DNA of 64,000 bases from Candidatus Subterrananammoxibius californiae (lineage in GTDB: Bacteria; Planctomycetota; Brocadiia; Brocadiales; Subterrananammoxibiaceae). Each line of letters opens with the position of its first letter. Within the stretch, counting starts at the first letter, position 1. A model generated the notes under the pieces. It saw only the letters and a list, made by a program, of their open reading frames with translations. It ran no database searches and had not been told where the DNA came from. Positions 28,872 to 37,859 of this stretch are shown here, one piece after another. The stretch lies in NCBI GenBank assembly GCA_030586555.1, contig JAURAC010000001.1:64001-128000 (forward strand), given 5' to 3'. Made by a program: the position numbers and the translations under genes.

Positions 28872-29423
28872 ATGCTATTGAAACGGGGGGTCATATCATC
28901 TTTAGGTTGTTTTGTGCTGTTGGTGGCTATTTTCTGCATCCCATTGAGCACTTACGCAGCTCCTCGGGTTATTTCGTCTAAACAACCCTGGTGCAAAAAA
29001 TGTAAATTAGGTGTTTTTCATGCCAAGGGCAAGTGCTCAGGCGGCGGTACAATAGGTATGGACCCTGTACATTATAACTTATTCAGCAGGGGTAATGATG
29101 TGTATGCAAAGGGAACGGGCTTTAATGCTCCTGCCCCTGGCTACTTAGTTGATATATATGTATTTGATGACCGGGATTGGACGCTTGGCGATACATTTGG
29201 TCCTACCCATCTTGGCGACCCTCAAAATGTCCCTGGTGATGATGTAGATACGGTTCTGGTTGGCAGTAGCGGCATAATTAACTGTGAAAGAGTATGGCTC
29301 AAACCATTAACCGGAGGCAATTACGATATCCTTGTTGATGCTAACCAGGATGGAACGTATGATGCAGGTGACGCCGTTGATGGTGAGGACGATATTGGTT
29401 TTAAGGTTAAGTTAAATAATTGA
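28872..29423 (+). CDS. Secreted paralog 5
   Basis: Signal peptide; DVYAKG, VDIYV, YDILVDANQDGTY..GDAVD, GFKV. Confidence 0.85.
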   Translation: MLLKRGVISSLGCFVLLVAIFCIPLSTYAAPRVISSKQPWCKKCKLGVFHAKGKCSGGGTIGMDPVHYNLFSRGNDVYAKGTGFNAPAPGYLVDIYVFDDRDWTLGDTFGPTHLGDPQNVPGDDVDTVLVGSSGIINCERVWLKPLTGGNYDILVDANQDGTYDAGDAVDGEDDIGFKVKLNN

Positions 29424-29453
29424 CGCTTTGAGTAATTGTTGATGGACAGTTCT

Positions 29454-29497
29454 AAATCTCCCTTTTCCATTTATTAAAGGGGGCTAAAGGAGGATTT
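29454..29497. repeat. AATCCCCC...GGGAGATTT palindromic repeat supplying the folD stop
   Basis: Reverse complement resembles the in-frame copy in hemB at 32567-32608. Confidence 0.7.
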
Positions 29498-30388
29498 GGT
29501 CATTTTCGTGGCTTCTATAGTATTCCTTAGTAACATAACAACGGTTATAGGTCCTACCCCGCCAGGTACCGGGGTGATATAGCCAGCAACTTCCTTTGCC
29601 TCGTCAAACACAACGTCCCCCACGGTTTTCATCTTCGGCTTGCCCTTTGCGTCTAATATCTGATTCCCACGCTCGTCTAACTCTGGAACACGATTTATCC
29701 CAACATCAATAACAATAGCGCCTGGTTTAACCATATTACCTCTTATAGTCTCTGGCTTGCCTGTAGCGGCAATTAGGATATCTGCCCTCTTTGTATGGAA
29801 TGATATGTCCTTTGTCCTTGTGTGACATATTGTTGGCGTAACGTGAAGGTCTAATAACATTAGGCTTACAGGCTTACCCACAATGGCGCTGCGCCCGACT
29901 ATTGTTGCCTCCGTACCAGTAAGGTTAATTCCTACAGACTTTATAAGCTCTACGGCAGCCATAGCAGTGCATGGAGCAAGCCTTGCATTCCCATAAACCA
30001 CTGCACCCATGCTAACTAAATTCATCCCCTCAACGTCCTTTGCAGGTGTAATTAAGGACTGGACCTTCTGAGCGTTAATACCCGTTGGCAGTGGCATCTG
30101 AAGTATGATACCTGTAGTTTCCTTATCAGCATTTAGTTTTTTAATATGTTCAATAAGCTGCTCTTCTATTGTATCAGGAGGAAGTTCATCCAGAGTATAT
30201 GCAACGCCAATTTCCTCACAACTCTTTTTTTGGTTTTTTACATAAAGCCGTGATGCAGGATTTCCACCCACTTGAACAGCCTTTAAATGTGGAATAGTCC
30301 CATTTTTGATAAGTGTTTCTACCTCAGCCTTTAAATCAGCCTTTAAACCTGCTGCTATTTTTTCCCCATCAATTAACTGTGCAGCCAT
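29474..30388 (-). CDS. folD: Methylenetetrahydrofolate dehydrogenase/cyclohydrolase
   Basis: KDVEG, PCT, GRSAIVGKP, VIDVGINR, TPVPGGVGP. Confidence 0.96.
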   Translation of the reverse strand: MAAQLIDGEKIAAGLKADLKAEVETLIKNGTIPHLKAVQVGGNPASRLYVKNQKKSCEEIGVAYTLDELPPDTIEEQLIEHIKKLNADKETTGIILQMPLPTGINAQKVQSLITPAKDVEGMNLVSMGAVVYGNARLAPCTAMAAVELIKSVGINLTGTEATIVGRSAIVGKPVSLMLLDLHVTPTICHTRTKDISFHTKRADILIAATGKPETIRGNMVKPGAIVIDVGINRVPELDERGNQILDAKGKPKMKTVGDVVFDEAKEVAGYITPVPGGVGPITVVMLLRNTIEATKMTKSSFSPL

Positions 30389-30428
30389 AAGCCCTCCATT
30401 CTATTATTTGGGATTTTGGATTTGGGAT

Positions 30429-31343
30429 TTATGACAATTCAAGCATCCTTTGAATCGCTCGAAGCGCCTTTTCGGCAATATCCTTCGGAATGGTAACATG
30501 AAATTCAAGGTCTTCCAATGCCCACAGCACCTTCTCGAGGGTATTAAGTTTCATGTTGGGACATTCCGCAAGTGGCGTTACCGAAAGGAATTTTTTTCGT
30601 GGATTTTCCTTGTGCAGGCGGTGAAGGATGCCGTTTTCCGTTCCAACAATAATTGCCTCTCCGTTTACACTTACCTCTCTTGCATATTTAGCAATGCCAG
30701 TTGTGCTTGCCACGCAATCTGCAAGTGCTATAACATCGGGGGTACATTCGGGATGAACTACTATCTTTGCCCCTGGGTATTTCTCTTTAAGTCGTAAGAT
30801 ATCGCAAGCAAGTATCCTGTGGTGAGTTGGGCAATAGCCTTCCCATAAGATTATTTTCCTGCCGAGTTGTGACGCAACATAAGCGCCGAGGCTTTTATCT
30901 GGAATAAAAAGAATTTCCTCATCTTCAGGGATAGAGGATACAATTCTCTTTGCATTTGACGATGTGCAGCAAATATCGCTTTCAGCCTTTACAGCCGCCG
31001 TGGTATTAACATAGCAAACGACCTTTGCTCCGGGATGTAGTTTCTTCTTTTCTACAAGTTTATGTGCGGTAATCATTGCTGCCATTGGACAGCCTGCATG
31101 CTTATCGGGTATAAGCACCATTTTCTGAGGGCACAGGATTGCGGCAGTCTCTGCCATAAAGTGGACGCCGCAGAATACTATTACATCCGCATCCGTCTTA
31201 GCGGCTTGTTGGGAAAGACCCAGCGAATCGCCTGTAAAATCTGCAATATCCTGCACCTCTCCCCGTTGATAATTATGGGCAAGGATTATTGCATTACGCC
31301 TCTTCTTTAATTCCTTTATCTTTTCTACGAGCTTGTCTGTCAA
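30429..31343 (-). CDS. nadA: Quinolinate synthase
   Basis: ILAHNYQ, FCGVHFMAETA, AGCPMA, CYVNT, VHPEC, CPNMK. Confidence 0.96.
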   Translation of the reverse strand: MTDKLVEKIKELKKRRNAIILAHNYQRGEVQDIADFTGDSLGLSQQAAKTDADVIVFCGVHFMAETAAILCPQKMVLIPDKHAGCPMAAMITAHKLVEKKKLHPGAKVVCYVNTTAAVKAESDICCTSSNAKRIVSSIPEDEEILFIPDKSLGAYVASQLGRKIILWEGYCPTHHRILACDILRLKEKYPGAKIVVHPECTPDVIALADCVASTTGIAKYAREVSVNGEAIIVGTENGILHRLHKENPRKKFLSVTPLAECPNMKLNTLEKVLWALEDLEFHVTIPKDIAEKALRAIQRMLELS

Positions 31344-31364
31344 TACTGCTCCTCTTTTATCGTT

Positions 31365-31414
31365 ACCCCCTCCCTCACCCTCCCCCCTTGAGGGGGAGGG
31401 ATGGGATAAGGGGT
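31365..31414. repeat. C-rich/G-rich palindromic repeat (intergenic)
   Basis: CCCTCCCCC-CTTGA-GGGGGAGGG core. Confidence 0.8.
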
Positions 31415-31565
31415 GCTTCCTTTACAAATAGATTCGCTCACTACGAAATTATATAGTAGCAAATAAATACGTTTTTGTGCAAACTTTTTTTCAAGAAAGG
31501 TAAGGAAATACTCTTTACAATAAATACCTGTGTTGATATAAATAGATAAAGAAGAGGGGGTAACA

Positions 31566-32081
31566 ATGGATGTCTTGCAGGCAATAAAGGCACGCAGGAG
31601 CGTACGAAGGTTTCTTCGCAAGGAAATTTCTAAAGAAATACTGGATACATTTGTGGATGCCATTATCTGGGCACCAAGCGCGGGAAATCTGCAAAGCAGG
31701 GAGTTTTATTTTGTATTTAATCAACAGATTAAGGAAAGGCTTGTGGATGCCGCATGGGGACAGGATTTTATTGCACAAGCGCCCTTATGTATTGTTGGTT
31801 GCGCCGACTTGCGTATAAAAAATCATTATGGCAGTAGGGGCTCTGAGTTGTATACTATTCAAGATGTTTCCGCAAGCATTCAAAACCTCTTACTTGAGGC
31901 ACAGGAGCAGGGGCTTGCAAGCGTATGGGTTGGAGCCTTTGAGGAGGCAGAGGTCTCGGAAATCCTGAATCTTCCGAAATATTTAAGACCCATTGCTATT
32001 GTGCCTATCGGCTATGCCGCAGAGTCACCTCTTCCACCAAAAAGGGTAAAAAAGGAAGATGCCGTCATTATAGTAAAGTAG
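31566..32081 (+). CDS. Nitroreductase family protein
   Basis: RRSVRRF, APSAGNLQ, GLASVWVGAF, VPIGY. Confidence 0.92.
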   Translation: MDVLQAIKARRSVRRFLRKEISKEILDTFVDAIIWAPSAGNLQSREFYFVFNQQIKERLVDAAWGQDFIAQAPLCIVGCADLRIKNHYGSRGSELYTIQDVSASIQNLLLEAQEQGLASVWVGAFEEAEVSEILNLPKYLRPIAIVPIGYAAESPLPPKRVKKEDAVIIVK

Positions 32082-32105
32082 GGGCACGTTGCAACGCGTC
32101 CCTAC
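32078..32105. repeat. GTAG REP-like palindrome providing the TAG stop of the nitroreductase
   Basis: GTAGGGGCACGTTGCAACGCGTCCCTAC. Confidence 0.8.
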
Positions 32106-32123
32106 CTATCATAGGAGAACTAA

Positions 32124-33179
32124 ATGCACTTTCCAGAATACCGTCCAAGACGTATGAGGAGAAATGAGAACCTTAGAAGACTTATAAGAGAGACTACTTT
32201 AACTGTGGATGACCTTATCATGCCGCTTTTTGTCAGACCGGGCAAAGGCGTAAAGAATGAAATTTCCTCTATGCCTGGAAACTACCAGTTTTCAGTAGAT
32301 AAGCTAACTGAAGAGATAAAGGAAATTGCAGGACTCGGAATCCCTGGCGTTATCCTCTTCGGTATTCCCGAAAAGAAGGATGATATGGGAAGCGAGGCAT
32401 ATTCAAAACAGGGGATTGTTCAACAAGCTATCAAGGCGATTAAAGCGGAGGTTTCTGACATCCTCGTTATTACCGATGTATGCATGTGCGAATACACAAC
32501 ACATGGCCATTGTGGCTATGTAAGACAAAAGCATGAAGTTAGGAAAACGAATCTAAAGGGTAAGTCAATCCCCCTTTCTCCCTTTAATAAAGGGGGTAGG
32601 GGAGATTTTGAGGTTGACAACGACCAGACCCTGATACTTTTGGCAAAAGAGGCGCTTTCTCATGCAGAGGCAGGTGCAGATATTGTTGCGCCAAGCGATA
32701 TGATGGACGGTCGAGTAGGAGCGATAAGAAAAATATTAGACGAGAACGGATTTGAACACATCCCCATTATGTCTTATGCGGCGAAGTATGCCTCTGCGTT
32801 TTACGGACCCTTCCGCGATGCTGCTGAATCACCACCAGCATTTGGCGACAGGCGTTCCTACCAGATGGACCCTGCAAATACCTTAGAATCCTTACGAGAG
32901 GTTACAATGGACATCAATGAGGGGGCTGACATTGTGATGGTTAAGCCAGCGCTTTCGTATTTAGATATAATCAGGCACGTAAAAGATGCCTTTGATTATC
33001 CTGTGGCTGCTTATAGTGTAAGCGGTGAATTTTCAATGGTGAAGGCGGCGGCAGAAAAGGGATGGCTTGATGAAAGAGCCGTTGCCATGGAAATTCTTAC
33101 GAGCATAAAGCGCGCAGGCGCCGACATGATTCTAACCTACTGGGCAAAGCATGCAGCGCGCTGGCTTGGCGAGAGATAG
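32124..33179 (+). CDS. hemB: Delta-aminolevulinic acid dehydratase with an in-frame repeat insertion
   Basis: [34 protein letters not shown]. Confidence 0.97.
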   Translation: MHFPEYRPRRMRRNENLRRLIRETTLTVDDLIMPLFVRPGKGVKNEISSMPGNYQFSVDKLTEEIKEIAGLGIPGVILFGIPEKKDDMGSEAYSKQGIVQQAIKAIKAEVSDILVITDVCMCEYTTHGHCGYVRQKHEVRKTNLKGKSIPLSPFNKGGRGDFEVDNDQTLILLAKEALSHAEAGADIVAPSDMMDGRVGAIRKILDENGFEHIPIMSYAAKYASAFYGPFRDAAESPPAFGDRRSYQMDPANTLESLREVTMDINEGADIVMVKPALSYLDIIRHVKDAFDYPVAAYSVSGEFSMVKAAAEKGWLDERAVAMEILTSIKRAGADMILTYWAKHAARWLGER

Positions 33180-33196
33180 AGAGCGAGGCAACATCT

Positions 33197-33802
33197 TTAC
33201 CATGCCTTTGGCTCTGAGCCAGCTAAGAGCCTTTTTATGTTGGACTTATGGCGGATGATAACGATGAGGGATATGAGTAAAGTAAATGCCGTAAGATACT
33301 TTCCACTCCCAAAAGGATCAGACCCAAGTATAATTATTGCAATAAATAAAGCTAACGCTCCAGCTATCGAGCCGAGCGAAATAAATCGGAAACACAAAAC
33401 AATTACAACCCACGTTACTACTGCAATTAGCAATGCGATGGGGGCTAACCACAAAAACACCCCGCAACTTGTTGCTACAGCCTTACCGCCCTTAAAGCGC
33501 AAATAGATTGGGAATACGTGGCCGAGGATGGCTGCCAACCCGCAGATTACCATCGGAAAAGGATGATCAAAAAGCTTAGATGCAAAATAAACAGGTACGA
33601 ATCCTTTTGTAAGGTCAAGGATATATACGGCAACACCGTAACCCTTGCCGAGCACCCTTGCAACATTCGTCGCCCCGATGTTTCCACTGCCGTGCTGGCG
33701 AACGTCAATACCCTTTAACCTCGCAATGATATAACCAAAAGGGATGCTTCCTATAAGGTAGGAAATGATAGGCGCTAAAATGTTTAGAAGTAAGTTTGTC
33801 AT
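33197..33802 (-). CDS. plsY: Glycerol-3-phosphate acyltransferase
   Basis: YLIGSIPFG, GSGNIGATN, FKGGKAVAT, RHKSNIKRL. Confidence 0.95.
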   Translation of the reverse strand: MTNLLLNILAPIISYLIGSIPFGYIIARLKGIDVRQHGSGNIGATNVARVLGKGYGVAVYILDLTKGFVPVYFASKLFDHPFPMVICGLAAILGHVFPIYLRFKGGKAVATSCGVFLWLAPIALLIAVVTWVVIVLCFRFISLGSIAGALALFIAIIILGSDPFGSGKYLTAFTLLISLIVIIRHKSNIKRLLAGSEPKAW

Positions 33803-33815
33803 AGTGGAAAATTGG

Positions 33816-33895
33816 GAAAATAGGGACACATCCCATTTATTGAGCGGAAGTACGAAGAAAAGGGTAAGCAATAAATGGGATGTGTCCCTATTTTC
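33816..33895. repeat. Perfect 27-bp inverted repeat with 26-nt spacer
   Basis: GAAAATAGGGACACATCCCATTTATTG / CAATAAATGGGATGTGTCCCTATTTTC. Confidence 0.9.
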
Positions 33896-35183
33896 ATAAA
33901 AATCCTTTTTCAAGTATTGAGACGGTGATGTACGTTCCTGTGCCTGCGTGGCTGTGGATGGCGCCACGCTTTGCGTTCTTTATCTGCAATTTGTCGTTAC
34001 CAAGATGTTTCTTTATTGTGCCCTGCAATTGCCATAAGGCAAAAACCGCCTGCATTAGCCCTGTTGCTCCTACAGGATGCCCACAGGCTAAGAGTCCACC
34101 GGATGGGTTTACAGGGATTGTACCCTTCTTTGGCAAATCTATCCCATAGTCTATTCCTTGGATAAATGGATGTCCTTCCTCAACGAATCTTCCGCCTTCG
34201 CCGTACTTGCACAGCCCCATATCTTCATACGTCTGGATTTCTGAGGATGTGTAAGCATCGTGGAGTTCTATAAAATCCAGTTCTTTAATCGGGTTTTTTA
34301 TGCCAGCCATTTCGTAAGCAAGCTTGGATGCCATCCTTCCACCACGGAATGAGTGGACGCCCGGATACTTGAGCTGTTTATAGTCTTCTTCTTTTTCGTG
34401 TGGCAAAAGTATTACCTCGCCGTGAGGCCTGTCTGCCATTCGCATTGCGTCCGTACCGCATCCCACACCGATAATCTTCACAGGCGTATTTGTCAATTTT
34501 TTTGCTACTTCTTCAGATGCAAGGATTGCTACGGCTGCCCCATCGGACATGGTACAAATATCGAGCATGGTTAAAGGCGTTGATACCATTGGGGAAGACC
34601 TTACATCGTTAATAGTGAGACGCATTGGGCTCTGTGCATAGGGATTGTACTGAGCATTGCCATGATTCTTAATCGAGACCATTGCTAACTGCTCAACCTT
34701 TGTGCCAAATTCGTGGATATGCCTCTGCACCATCATTGCGTAGTATCCCGTGTAAAACCCTCCGACTGGATAATCGAAGTTGGTATCAGACGCATGAGCT
34801 ATAAACTCGTTTCCCTTCCAGGTGTTAACCCTCGACATTGTCTCAAATCCAAAGGCAACACAAACATTCATCCTGCCTGATGCAATGGCTTCCCATGCTG
34901 CCTGGAAACACAATCCCCCCGTAGCTCCACCACCCTCTATTCTTTTTGATGGTTTTGGGCACAACCCGAGATAATCCTGCACCATACTTGCGGCTTTCAG
35001 TTGACGGGTGAAATGGTCAGAAAAGTATGAACCAACACTGCCATCAATCATCTTAAGGCTCAAATCTGGTATCTCATTCATGGCATAATCAAAAGCCTCT
35101 TTGACCATGAGCCTGAAATCCTTGTCTGGATGTGCCTTCTTGAATTTAGTGATACCGCCAGAAATCATATAAACTGGACGCAT
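33894..35183 (-). CDS. Thiolase-fold protein (SCP2/archaeal-type), N-terminal catalytic Cys absent
   Basis: SDGAA, ELHDAY, VNPSGGL...GHPVGATG; IEGGGATGG in place of the usual ..AC.SG. Confidence 0.88.
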   Translation of the reverse strand: MRPVYMISGGITKFKKAHPDKDFRLMVKEAFDYAMNEIPDLSLKMIDGSVGSYFSDHFTRQLKAASMVQDYLGLCPKPSKRIEGGGATGGLCFQAAWEAIASGRMNVCVAFGFETMSRVNTWKGNEFIAHASDTNFDYPVGGFYTGYYAMMVQRHIHEFGTKVEQLAMVSIKNHGNAQYNPYAQSPMRLTINDVRSSPMVSTPLTMLDICTMSDGAAVAILASEEVAKKLTNTPVKIIGVGCGTDAMRMADRPHGEVILLPHEKEEDYKQLKYPGVHSFRGGRMASKLAYEMAGIKNPIKELDFIELHDAYTSSEIQTYEDMGLCKYGEGGRFVEEGHPFIQGIDYGIDLPKKGTIPVNPSGGLLACGHPVGATGLMQAVFALWQLQGTIKKHLGNDKLQIKNAKRGAIHSHAGTGTYITVSILEKGFL

Positions 35184-35232
35184 GCAAGCCTCCTGTTAGT
35201 GGCGAGTGGCAAGGTGATAGTGACGAGTGAAG

Positions 35233-35261
35233 GAGATTGCTTCGCTTTGCTCGCAATGACA
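35233..35261. repeat. Half copy of the GATTGCTTCG...CTCGCAATGACA repeat, flanked by CGAGTG(A/G) heptamers
   Basis: Matches 1718-1746 and 4990-5019. Confidence 0.8.
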
Positions 35262-35302
35262 TTTCCTGACTAACACCTTACCACTCGTCACTTTGCCCTG
35301 TT

Positions 35303-36142
35303 TTACTTTACTTCCTCAATAATGAACTTATCATCCTTTTTCTTCAAGTAGCCCATATTTATTTTAGGGTCGTGCTCGAACAGGAGCAGCCAGTTTTCTT
35401 CAAAGGCCTGGGGTAAGAGACGCTTTTTTTGCTCCAGGGTTTCCAGCGGGAATAAATCATATCCCATTATATATGGATAAGGTAGGTGTGCAACGGTTGG
35501 AATTAAGTCGGCAAGATAAAAGGCTGTTTGCCCTTCAGAGCATATCTTAATACAACAATGAAATTGTGTGTGGCCACCGGTTCTAATTAGCGAGACGCCC
35601 TTCACTATTTCTATTTCGTCTCCCTCTACGAGTTCCAAGTTGCCAGAGTCCCAGAGCGGCAAATAATCCTCCTGTATGTAGCTTCCTTTAGTTCTTTCGT
35701 TGACGTTCAGGGCATCCTCCCATTCACCTTTGTGAATAAAATATTTAGCGTTGGGAAAGGTTGGGATAATCTTTCCGGCGTCATCAAATGTAGTATCGCC
35801 ACCGCAGTGGTCAAGGTGCAGATGTGAATTTATCACGATATTAATGTCTTCGACTGAAAACCCATGGTTACTTAAAGACTTTCGCAACGAAGGGTTGTTT
35901 TCAATCCCGTACATTTGACGGAGCTTTTCGCTGCACTTTGTGCCTGTGCCAGTGTCAATGAGGATGTTATATTTTGAGGTTTTAATAAGCGGGCAATTAA
36001 GCCCCATATAAATTCTATTTTTCTCATCGGGTGAACAAACCTTTTCCCAGAGTATCCTGGGAACGACTCCGAACATTGCCCCACCATCGAGCCTTATAAA
36101 ACCATCCATTGTAGGGTATATCTCAAATTTGCCAAGTTTCAT
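35303..36142 (-). CDS. Metallo-beta-lactamase fold hydrolase (YtnP-like)
   Basis: LDGGAMFGVVP, SHLHLDHCGG, GGHT, MGYDLFP, FEHDP. Confidence 0.92.
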   Translation of the reverse strand: MKLGKFEIYPTMDGFIRLDGGAMFGVVPRILWEKVCSPDEKNRIYMGLNCPLIKTSKYNILIDTGTGTKCSEKLRQMYGIENNPSLRKSLSNHGFSVEDINIVINSHLHLDHCGGDTTFDDAGKIIPTFPNAKYFIHKGEWEDALNVNERTKGSYIQEDYLPLWDSGNLELVEGDEIEIVKGVSLIRTGGHTQFHCCIKICSEGQTAFYLADLIPTVAHLPYPYIMGYDLFPLETLEQKKRLLPQAFEENWLLLFEHDPKINMGYLKKKDDKFIIEEVK

Positions 36143-36303
36143 GATTTCTTAGGCGAAGTACGAGTGCTCTTCTTATAAAGATATTTATCGTGGTTTACTG
36201 AACCCTTTTTTATCCCACTACTTCCAAGACCTACGATGCGAAAAAGGGGGTCCTTTTTGAAATCTTCCATGCGCATAGGTTTTTTCTTCTGTCCTTTGTT
36301 CAT
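36139..36303 (-). CDS. 54-aa orphan resembling the C-terminal half of a VapB-type antitoxin
   Basis: Manual translation MNKGQKKKPMRMEDFKKDPLFRIVGLGSSGIKKGSVNHDKYLYKK...; AAAGGA RBS; stop overlaps next ATG; below the ORF-track size range. Confidence 0.55.
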   Translation of the reverse strand: MNKGQKKKPMRMEDFKKDPLFRIVGLGSSGIKKGSVNHDKYLYKKSTRTSPKKS

Positions 36304-36327
36304 AAATTTCCTTTGTAGTTACTATCT

Positions 36328-36459
36328 GAGACCTCTGAAAAAGTACGTTTTTGTTACCCCGAACTTGTTTCGGGGTCTCATAAGTTCTTGATTTTTTTAG
36401 ATGCTGAAACAAGTTCAGCATGACATATTGTGCAATTTTATGACTTTTTCAGAGGTCTC
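36328..36459. mobile_element. 132-bp MITE-like element
   Basis: Perfect 17-bp terminal IR GAGACCTCTGAAAAAGT; internal palindromes CCCCGAA..TTCGGGG and ATGCTGAA..TTCAGCAT. Confidence 0.7.
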
Positions 36460-37853
36460 TATTTCATATTAAGTTCCCGCATCTTTAGCTGGAGGCTTTG
36501 CCTGTGCATGCCGAGGAGTTCGGCGGTACGGCTGATGTTGCCGTTGTTTTCCTCTAACCTTTTCTTTATAAAATTTCTTTCAAAGCACTCCACTGCTATT
36601 CTTTTAGCATCTTTAAAGGGGAGCATATAGTTTATCTCAATTGTCGAGGTCATCTGAGCGTCCTTGCCAGTAATTTCGTCGGGAAGGTCGTGTAGTTCCA
36701 GTGTTTCGCCGCTTGCCAAAACGACTGCGCTTTCGATGGCGTTACGGAGCTGACGGATGTTGCCGGGCCAGTTATATTTTATAAGAGCCTTTGCTGCATC
36801 ATTTGATAGCCATTTTACATTCTTTTTATGTTTTTCGGCAAACACTTGCAGGAAACGATTTGCAAGCAGCGGGATGTCCTCCTTGCGATGTCGAAGCGGT
36901 GGTAACTGTATTTCTACGACCTTTAGTCTGTAATAAAGGTCATCCCTGAATCTTCCCTCTTTAATTTCTTCCATAAGGTCTCTGTGTGTGGCGCTGATTA
37001 CGCGAACGTCCACTTGTAGCGTTTCAGTACCTCCCAGCCTTTCAAACTTTTGCTCTTGCAGGACTCTGAGCACCTTTGATTGGGTATTAGGGCTCATGTC
37101 TCCAATCTCATCAAGGAAGATAGTGCCTTCGTTGGCAAGTTCAAATTTACCGAGACGTCTCTCTGTTGCGCCAGTAAATGCACCTTTTTCATGTCCAAAG
37201 AGTTCGCTTTCAATAAGTGTTTCTGGCAGGGCAGCACAGTTCATTATAACGAGCGACTTATCTCTCCGTTTGCTTCGCCTGTGAATTTCCCTTGCCACGA
37301 GTTCCTTACCGCTACCACTTTCACCTTGAATCAGCACGGTAACATCCGTTGCTCCTACCTTGTCTATCCTGTTAAAGACGTCCTTCATTATTGCACTTTG
37401 CCCGATGATTTCACCCATTGCCTCGAGGCGATTTATCTCGGAACGCAGTTGGGCATTTTCTTCTTCGAGGTCAAGTTTTTCAAAGGCGTTTTTTACAATT
37501 ATACGGAGTTCGTCTATCTCAAATGGCTTTGCAACGTAGTCAAATGCGCCTTTCTTCATAGCCTCTACCGCTATCTTTTCGGAGCCATAGGCGGTTATAA
37601 TTACAACCAGCGGGGATGATGTCGCTGACTGCGTTCCTGTTTCCTTTATTTTTTCAAGAACCTTGAGGCCGTCAATTCCCGGCATGTTTATATCAAGAAA
37701 AATAAGCCGTGGTTTATGCAATTTTATGGATTCTAATGCTTCTGTGCCATTCTTAGCCTCGTAAAGCATATAGCCGTCTTTTGAGAGCGCCTTCTTCATT
37801 CCAAACCGTGCTGCCCGTTCGTCATCAACAATTAATATTCCGTTGTTTTTCAT
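36459..37853 (-). CDS. sigma54-dependent response regulator (NtrC family)
   Basis: Receiver domain, GESGSGKE, ESELFGHEKGAFTGA, WPGNIRQL, Fis-type HTH. Confidence 0.95.
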   Translation of the reverse strand: MKNNGILIVDDERAARFGMKKALSKDGYMLYEAKNGTEALESIKLHKPRLIFLDINMPGIDGLKVLEKIKETGTQSATSSPLVVIITAYGSEKIAVEAMKKGAFDYVAKPFEIDELRIIVKNAFEKLDLEEENAQLRSEINRLEAMGEIIGQSAIMKDVFNRIDKVGATDVTVLIQGESGSGKELVAREIHRRSKRRDKSLVIMNCAALPETLIESELFGHEKGAFTGATERRLGKFELANEGTIFLDEIGDMSPNTQSKVLRVLQEQKFERLGGTETLQVDVRVISATHRDLMEEIKEGRFRDDLYYRLKVVEIQLPPLRHRKEDIPLLANRFLQVFAEKHKKNVKWLSNDAAKALIKYNWPGNIRQLRNAIESAVVLASGETLELHDLPDEITGKDAQMTSTIEINYMLPFKDAKRIAVECFERNFIKKRLEENNGNISRTAELLGMHRQSLQLKMRELNMK

Positions 37854-37859
37854 AGCGTC

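Noticed and set aside
31340..31663. 107-aa minus-strand ORF upstream of nadA
   Set aside because: It spans a promoter region and a palindromic repeat and overlaps the nitroreductase antisense.
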